Below are positions 8,538 through 17,526 of a stretch of 17,526 nucleotides of DNA, in pieces; within the stretch, counting starts at the first letter, position 1; each line of letters starts with the position of its first letter. A program made the translations under genes and the position numbers. The DNA comes from Nitrospinaceae bacterium (GTDB lineage: Bacteria > Nitrospinota > Nitrospinia > Nitrospinales > VA-1): positions 1 to 17,526 of the forward strand of contig JBHHVU010000062.1 of NCBI GenBank assembly GCA_046754465.1, read 5' to 3'. The notes beneath the pieces were generated by a model. It searched no databases. It was not told where the DNA came from and saw only the letters and a program-made list of their open reading frames with translations.

Positions 8538-9492
8538 GCTCCCGGGAAAATTCCGCGACCACTTTATTTTTCCCGGTTTCCTTGGCATGGTACAAATTTT
8601 CATCCGCCTGTTTTATGCAGGCATCCAAATCCAACCCTTCGCGGTTAAACACACTGGCTCCGAAGCTCATCGTCACCGGAATATTATATTGATTATAACG
8701 GAAACAATGGCTCTCAATTTGTGATCGCAGTTTTTCCGCCCAGATGAAAGCCCCTTCCAAATCCGTCTCCGGCAACAACGTCAGAAACTCCTCCCCTCCC
8801 CAACGGCAGACGACGTCCGTTTTCCTGGAGCTTTCGCTGATGATTTTACTGATCTGGATCAGAATCTGGTCTCCGGCGTCGTGTCCGAAAGTGTCATTTA
8901 TTTTTTTGAAAAAATCGATGTCCGCCATGATGACGGAAAACGGTTTCTTGTTTCTTTTAAACCGGAAATTTTCGATTTCCAGCTTTTCCATCATGCCCCG
9001 GCGGTTGGGCAACTCGGTTAAGGGATCGGTTTGGGCGATGATGGAGAATTTTTCTTTCAGGTCCTTGAGTTCCTGAACGCGGCGTTCCAGAATGCCGTGC
9101 GCCTTCTTCAATTCCCCCTCGTTTCGCTTGAACAAAATACAAAGGATGGCCGTCGCCCAGATTGAAAAAAGCGCGATCAGCCGATTGGAAAGGCCCACCC
9201 AGGAAAAATCGGTTTGCGCCGAGTTCAGCAACCCGAGAAGCGTCAAAAGGGTAGCGCCAAGGGCCGCGGCCTGGATATAAAACGTCTGCGGCAGCCACAG
9301 CCCCATCAAGACCAGTCCGATGTAGGGGACCGCTACCGCAATATCCGAAGGCGCCGACAGGTCGATCGCGAAAACCACCGCCCCCCACAGCAGGCAAATC
9401 AGAACAAGGCGGCGGATATGTTCCGCACTATGGTGGTCCGGATAATTAATCGTTGCCGGTTCTATTTTTGCTGCCATCGCCTGGATAATCAT
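8512..9492 (-). CDS. Membrane-bound diguanylate cyclase (N-terminal TM sensor, coiled coil, GGDEF domain)
   Basis: Shows 'TDPLTELPNRR', 'DIDFFKKINDTFGHDAGD', the active site GGEEF and an RxxD I-site (RKTD) 5 aa upstream. There are ~4 N-terminal TM helices and a strong RBS (AAGGAGGG) upstream of ATG 9492. Confidence 0.93.
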   Translation of the reverse strand: MIIQAMAAKIEPATINYPDHHSAEHIRRLVLICLLWGAVVFAIDLSAPSDIAVAVPYIGLVLMGLWLPQTFYIQAAALGATLLTLLGLLNSAQTDFSWVGLSNRLIALFSIWATAILCILFKRNEGELKKAHGILERRVQELKDLKEKFSIIAQTDPLTELPNRRGMMEKLEIENFRFKRNKKPFSVIMADIDFFKKINDTFGHDAGDQILIQISKIISESSRKTDVVCRWGGEEFLTLLPETDLEGAFIWAEKLRSQIESHCFRYNQYNIPVTMSFGASVFNREGLDLDACIKQADENLYHAKETGKNKVVAEFSREPQPVNSSG

Positions 9493-9771
9493 CCCCGGCT
9501 TCCCTCCTTATGAACCCATGTCGGGTAAAAACGGGGAGCGTCCCCATTTCCACCCTTCCCCAAAAAATGTAAAATCGAATATAAACGTGGTTCATTCCAA
9601 AATACTGGATATCCCGAATAAGATCAATAAAAATAAAAGGTTACGAACAATATCCATTGAAATTCCGCGCTTAATTCGCACGCTTTAAAAGAGGGAAAAA
9701 CCGAAGAGGAGGAATAGGAAGGATCAAAAGGAGTCCGGACACCGTTCAAGGCACCGTAACGTCCATAGAGG

Positions 9772-10161
9772 CTAAATCTCTTTTTTTATTTCAAAATACT
9801 TCTCCGCGATATTCAGCAAATTTTGTTTTTCAACGGGTTTGACAAGAAACTTCTTGGCACCCTTCTTCAGCAGGGAAGACTCGAGTTCCCTGTCGGGATA
9901 ACCGGATAGCATCACCATAGGAATCCAGGGAGCCTCCTGGCTGAAATAATCCAAGACCTCAATACCGTTGCATTCGGGCATCCGGATATCGCAAAAAACC
10001 AGACCGATTTCCTGTTTGAAATGATCGGACCTCAAAAATTCCATGGCCTGCGCCCCCTGGGCCGCCTCCAAAATAGGGTAACCCATCGACTTCAAATGAA
10101 TTTTCAGGATCTCCCGGTTATCCGGCTCATCATCAACGATTAATATTTTTCCATCGGTCAT
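9772..10161 (-). CDS. Single-domain CheY-like response regulator
   Basis: Shows 'KILIVDDE', the phosphoacceptor in 'FCDIRMP', 'MLSG' and 'FLVKP'. There is no output domain. A GGAG RBS lies upstream. Confidence 0.92.
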   Translation of the reverse strand: MTDGKILIVDDEPDNREILKIHLKSMGYPILEAAQGAQAMEFLRSDHFKQEIGLVFCDIRMPECNGIEVLDYFSQEAPWIPMVMLSGYPDRELESSLLKKGAKKFLVKPVEKQNLLNIAEKYFEIKKEI

Positions 10162-10352
10162 ATAGCTTCAACTCCTCGATCATTCCCGTTAGAACGAAAA
10201 CAAAGACCGCGATTATTTTGAGTAAAAACACCCACTATCGGGAGAAAGCCTGTGGGGAAAAAGCGTACATTGTATTAAGGTCCCGCCAATCAAACAAGAA
10301 AAAACTTGAAAAAACTCCAGGAAAACCAGAGGACCATCATAAAAACCCGATT

Positions 10353-10412
10353 TCCTCTCCCCATAGGGGAGGATTTTCCCATCTTGTACATCCTGTAATT
10401 CTGTCAGAATTT
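10353..10412. repeat. REP-like hairpin plus a degenerate ATCCTGT-type repeat unit
   Basis: The hairpin CTCCCC-ATA-GGGGAG is followed by ATCTTGTACATCCTGTAATTCTGTCAGAA. This resembles ATCCTGTCCATCCTGTCAGAA at 11797-11817 and the reverse complement of 11719-11741. Confidence 0.55.
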
Positions 10413-10541
10413 TTCGGTTTTTTCCCGGTCTGCCTTGTTTTTGCCAGGGTGGGCGTAAGCCCTTAATTCCGCGGACCCTGCAAAAATTTTTTCCGGGTTA
10501 TAATTAGGAAAGAACTTGTCCCGTTCCGACCTGTTGCCTCC

Positions 10542-10688
10542 ATGGGTTCGGATGTGACCACCCGTTATGTTTTGTCAGACGTGGAGAGGTTACGGAGACC
10601 GATGCCAAGGATCAAAGCACGAATCTTGACTTTAGCCGAAGTGAAAAGCCCGGTAAGATCTCATCAGTCCCGACAACTTAGCCTGTGA
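10542..10688 (+). pseudogene. C-terminal remnant of a tyrosine recombinase/phage integrase
   Basis: Translates as MGSDVTTRYVLSDVERLRRPMPRIKARILTLAEVK.... This matches my recollection of the P4-like integrase C-terminus 'NH...DVTxxY...DVERLRxPMxxI', which contains the catalytic Tyr. No upstream integrase body is visible. Confidence 0.55.
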
Positions 10689-10730
10689 ATTGCTACATAC
10701 AATTTTTCCAAAATTAACTAAGAGGCTCCG

Positions 10731-11336
10731 ATGGCGCAAACTTTCACTGACCAAGAATTACTTGATTGGCTCGAAATTAATCAACCACAGATAGCTGCGG
10801 TGATTGTGCGAACAGGGTCTTTTGAGGGCCGATCAGAAGAAACTCTCATTAATTTTCGGGAAGCCCTTCTACAAAAAGTCCAAGCGACGGCAATTAATTG
10901 GAGAAATTGGGAACAGGCCAGCACCTCCGTTATAGAAAAGCAACATGAAAAGGCAAAAAACTATACCAATTTAATTTCCATTGCCGGCTATGCCGGTTTT
11001 TTCTACGTTTGGGAAAAGGTAAACCCTTTGATGAGTGAGCCGTTTAAACTCTGGACGGGTCTACTTTTAATAATTTCTCTAGGAATTTTCGTCTTTAGCG
11101 AGGTTTTTTAAATGTGGGCAACTGGGCAGGATTTTCTAAAGGCTGTGGAACTTCCCAAAGGACCGTTGGATCTTAATGAAGAAATCCGGCGGTATACAAT
11201 AAGCCGGGACCGTTACCACAAATTACTTCTAGCAGTTTGGCCTTTCCACTTTTATCCAGCAGCCTTGTTTGGCTTGACTGGTTTTATTGTTTTGCTCTGG
11301 TTTTTTATTAGCGGCATTCTGCCTAAGGGAGGATAA
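10731..11336 (+). pseudogene. Hypothetical 3-TM membrane protein (~201 codons) interrupted by an in-frame TAA at 11109-11111
   Basis: ORFs 10731-11111 and 11112-11336 are in the same frame and abut (GAG GTT TTT TAA ATG TGG). The joined product reads as one membrane protein. The region is AT-richer than its neighbours. AGAGG RBS precedes 10731 and there is no clear RBS at a normal spacing before 11112. Confidence 0.65.
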
Positions 11337-11575
11337 AACTCCAATTATCAGTAAAGTGAATGGGGGCAAATCCTTTGCCTGTTGCCAAAATTTTATTGTA
11401 AAGAAACGGGCTGGTTTTTAGGCGAGATAGATAATGATTGCAAATAAGGGGAAATATAGCCGCATACAAGGCCTGGGTAAACAAACCATAACTCGTTTTT
11501 CCTTGAAACGTGAAACGGAAACAAGCCACCCATTAGCGGGCTCCGGAGTCAATGGATAAACGCCTCCCCCTTTTT

Positions 11576-11594
11576 ATGCAGGCGCAGCCTGCAT
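11576..11594. repeat. Perfect short hairpin
   Basis: ATGCAGGC-GCA-GCCTGCAT: 8-bp stem, 3-nt loop. Confidence 0.5.
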
Positions 11595-11717
11595 GAACCC
11601 ATGTGTTCTCCTTCGCACAGGTTGAAGCATTTCGTAACCCCACGTATGGACCACGACAACAAAATATTCTCGCCCGTCACCCCTCTGTGAACCCCTTGGG
11701 GAAGGAAAGGAAAATCC

Positions 11718-11860
11718 GGACAGGATTACAGGATAGGCAGGAGGGGAAAATCCCCCTGGCCCCCTTTAAAAAGGGGAAGAAAAAAATCAGAATTTTATCC
11801 TGTCCATCCTGTCAGAAATTTCTTTAAATCCCCTCGCTCCTCTTTATAAAGCGGGGAATT
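11718..11860. repeat. Composite REP/BIME-like palindromic repeat cluster
   Basis: GACAGGATTACAGGATAGGCAGGA (11719-11742) is inverted relative to ATCCTGTCCATCCTGTC (11797-11813). There are two related units, AAATCCCCCTGGCCCCCTTTAAAAAGGGGA (11748-11777) and AAATCCCCTCGCTCCTCTTTATAAAGCGGGGA (11826-11857). Confidence 0.7.
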
Positions 11861-11966
11861 TTTTTCTGAATTTTCCTGGCGGAATATCAACGGCTTTGAA
11901 TTTGTCTCTCGCACCGCCCCGGTTTTAAAGGACTTTATTTTTCAATCCTGTGATAATCTGTTTGGT

Positions 11967-13442
11967 ATGCGGACCCTGTTGAAAATTTCATTTCTTTTTT
12001 TCGTGGCGGCCTTTGTTTTGGGTGCCACCCCATCCCTTGGGGCCACGCCAGCGAACCACCCCCTGTTCGCCCCGGGTGACCATGAAGAGTGGATGGGGAC
12101 TTATTTCAAGAACAAGAAACTCGGTTTCACCTCCGCTAAAATGAAAGTCTCGCCAGACGCGATCGTGGTGAACACCCGCGTCTTGTTCCGGTTGAAGTCC
12201 GGTGGGGGCAGCCAGGCCACGGTCTTTTCCCAGGAAACGCATCTCACTCCGGACCTGCGCCTGAAAAAGTTTTACCTGCTCCAGGAAATCATGGGACACC
12301 GCCAGGAGGTCGAGGGAAGGGTGGAAAAGGGGAAACTGGTCTACCGGGTGATCGGACTGGGTTACGACAAAACGCGGTCGATTCCTTTCGATTCCGGCAC
12401 GGCGCTTTCTTCCACCTTCCTGCTCAACATCATCCGGGACGGGCTGGTCGTGGGTAAAAAGGGAAAGTTTCCCATCTTCATGGAACCGTTCCAGATGATG
12501 GTCGATCTCGAATACCGGATCCTGCGCAAGGAAAAATTTGACGATCATGGGAAATCGGTGGAGACCTATGTCATTTCCCAGCGGGTGGCGGGGATGGATT
12601 CCACCTTGTGGGTCGCCAGGGACGGGACCGTGATGCGGGAACTCACCTCGCAGGGGTTTGAATCCCGAAAGGAGCCCGAAAAAATGGCCCGCAACATGGG
12701 GGAGGAAATCATGAGCGTGAGCAGTTTGATCACACTCAGTCTCGTAAAACCCCACGGAACCCTTTCCTCCCGGCCGGGTCAACAACGCCGGTTGAAGATG
12801 AAACTTTCCAATATACGCGCACCCGGCCTCATTCCCCAGGATCACCGTCAAAAGGTCCTCAAATCCGAAAAATCCTCCGACGGCACCTGGTCGTCCATCT
12901 TGTTGATAGACACGGAACCGGAACCGGCCGGTCCGCCGGTCCGCCGTCCCGTGGGATCCTTCCCACAGCCGGAACTGCTGCAGGAAACCCCGGAAGTGCA
13001 GTCCAATCACCCCCAGGTCCAGGCGCTGGCCAAGGACTTGGTGGGGGACACCGCGGACGCCTGGAAAGCCTCCCTGCGGATCAATGAATGGGTGTACAAG
13101 CATCTGGAAAAAGAGCTGGTAGACAGCGTGAGCGCTCTCGCCGCATTGCGGGAGCGGCGCGGGGAATGCCAGTCCCACACCTATCTTTTCACGGCCATTT
13201 CCCGGGCCGCCGGAATCCCCACGAAAATCGTCAATGGGTTGGTTTATTCCCCTCAATTCAAGGGATTCCTTTACCATGCCTGGCCGGAGGTCTATGTGGG
13301 GGAATGGCGGGCTCTGGACCCCACTTTTGGCCAGAACAATGTCGATGCCACCCATATCAAGCTTTCCGAGGGTCAGCAGGAAAATCTTTTCAAATTGATG
13401 GAGTTTGTTGGCAAGGTGCAGATAGAACTCATTGAAAATTAA
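11967..13442 (+). CDS. Secreted transglutaminase-like (cysteine protease fold) domain protein
   Basis: Signal-peptide-like N-terminus. The C-terminal Transglut_core has an intact Cys-His-Asp triad ('GECQSH', 'YHAWPEVY', 'LDPTFGQ') plus 'RAAGIPTKIVNG'. Confidence 0.9.
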   Translation: MRTLLKISFLFFVAAFVLGATPSLGATPANHPLFAPGDHEEWMGTYFKNKKLGFTSAKMKVSPDAIVVNTRVLFRLKSGGGSQATVFSQETHLTPDLRLKKFYLLQEIMGHRQEVEGRVEKGKLVYRVIGLGYDKTRSIPFDSGTALSSTFLLNIIRDGLVVGKKGKFPIFMEPFQMMVDLEYRILRKEKFDDHGKSVETYVISQRVAGMDSTLWVARDGTVMRELTSQGFESRKEPEKMARNMGEEIMSVSSLITLSLVKPHGTLSSRPGQQRRLKMKLSNIRAPGLIPQDHRQKVLKSEKSSDGTWSSILLIDTEPEPAGPPVRRPVGSFPQPELLQETPEVQSNHPQVQALAKDLVGDTADAWKASLRINEWVYKHLEKELVDSVSALAALRERRGECQSHTYLFTAISRAAGIPTKIVNGLVYSPQFKGFLYHAWPEVYVGEWRALDPTFGQNNVDATHIKLSEGQQENLFKLMEFVGKVQIELIEN

Positions 13443-13668
13443 TAAATTATAAGTTTTTTGGGCTGTCCCGTTGCTTCAGGTTCGGGGCTTTGACCTGGTT
13501 TCATCCCGCCTCTTTTTCACCGGAAATATTCCCTTCTCGAATTGCATTCCCATTTTTCGCACAAAATTTTCGCTTTACTTTCGCCATCTCTTGTGAATAA
13601 TGGGGGGGATGGAAGCCCTTACAGTATTGGGGCTCCGAACAAAGTGTGTTTTGGACCCCAAAATTTTA

Positions 13669-13696
13669 TTGACAACCCCTATATGTTGTATATATT
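13669..13696 (+). promoter_or_regulatory. Putative sigma70 promoter of nrdJ
   Basis: Perfect -35 TTGACA at 13669-13674 and -10-like TATATT at 13691-13696 (16-bp spacer), ~130 nt upstream of the ATG. Confidence 0.6.
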
Positions 13697-13722
13697 TTAT
13701 GGTGGAACACTAAATACGGGAT
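13676..13722. promoter_or_regulatory. Tandem NrdR boxes
   Basis: CCCCTATATGTTGTAT (13676-13691) and ACACTAAATACGGGAT (13707-13722) match the NrdR consensus acaCwAtATaTwGtgt. Their starts are 31 bp apart, and they lie upstream of a ribonucleotide reductase gene. Confidence 0.8.
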
Positions 13723-13829
13723 TTTTTGTGTTCAGCGATTAACAGAAAGGACGTTTTCGGCAATCGGCGGAATCCGTGTCCGGCTCACGATCCTTAATAG
13801 GTAAGTTTTTCTTTTTTTGGAGTTATCTT

Positions 13830-17459
<3,630 letters not shown>

Positions 17460-17474
17460 AAATTCGGCAAACGG

Positions 17475-17526
17475 ATCGGGTAGGAGGCGGAGTTACCCCC
17501 ACCGTCCTCCCACACCACCGGGCATA
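17475..17526 (-). mobile_element. 3' end (3' half of domain V and domain VI) of a group II intron, probably class C; continues beyond the window
   Basis: The reverse complement reads TATGCCCGGTGGTGTGGGAGGACGGTGGGGGTAACTCCGCCTCCTACCCGAT. This gives the DV 3' strand CGGTGGT, a DVI stem with a bulged branch-point A (CCTCCT-A-CCC) and the canonical AY (..GAT) terminus. Confidence 0.85.

Noticed and set aside
10218..10466. Short ORFs 10218-10466, 11323-11529, 11603-11827 and 13542-13742
   Set aside because: They have weak starts and no RBS or recognisable motifs, and most run through repeats or promoter sequence. They are probably spurious.
11360..11385. c-di-GMP-I riboswitch suggested by GGCAAA near a DGC gene
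   Set aside because: It is only a small GGCAAA-TCC-TTTGCC hairpin. The GAAA tetraloop, GACGCAAAGC and the second stem are missing.
11700..11860. CRISPR array
   Set aside because: The repeats are short, degenerate and partly inverted, with no regular repeat-spacer period and no cas genes in the window.
11988..13355. 455-aa minus-strand ORF
   Set aside because: It lies entirely antisense to the transglutaminase-like gene, which has the convincing motifs.
13443..13829. Possible cobalamin riboswitch upstream of the B12-dependent nrdJ
   Set aside because: I see no B12-box or GGGAA...GCCCCCGC...GCCACTG core. The region is explained by the promoter and NrdR boxes.
13776..13829. N-terminal extension of NrdJ from GTG 13776
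   Set aside because: It would encode FFFFW from a T-rich leader. ATG 13830 has a GGAG RBS and gives the typical 'M.I.R.FT' NrdJ N-terminus.

Overview
Bacterial chromosomal window. The gene content and style suggest a Nitrospinota/deltaproteobacteria-like organism, but this is inference only. Positions 1-8.4 kb hold a surface-glycan locus on the + strand: the 3' end of a DUF2079-like membrane protein, a ~1416-aa secreted and membrane-anchored orphan protein with an internal domain duplication (178-aa spacing), two tandem Wzx-like flippases and a GT4 glycosyltransferase. The last four genes overlap at their start and stop codons. A membrane GGDEF diguanylate cyclase and a single-domain response regulator follow on the - strand. 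At 10.35-11.86 kb is a small AT-richer islet bracketed by REP-like palindromic repeats. It contains what looks like a tyrosine-integrase C-terminal remnant and a membrane-protein gene broken by one in-frame TAA. Next come a secreted transglutaminase-like protein and a class II (B12-dependent) ribonucleotide reductase nrdJ, whose promoter carries two NrdR boxes. The last 52 nt are the 3' end (DV/DVI) of a probable class C group II intron on the - strand, 15 nt after the nrdJ stop.
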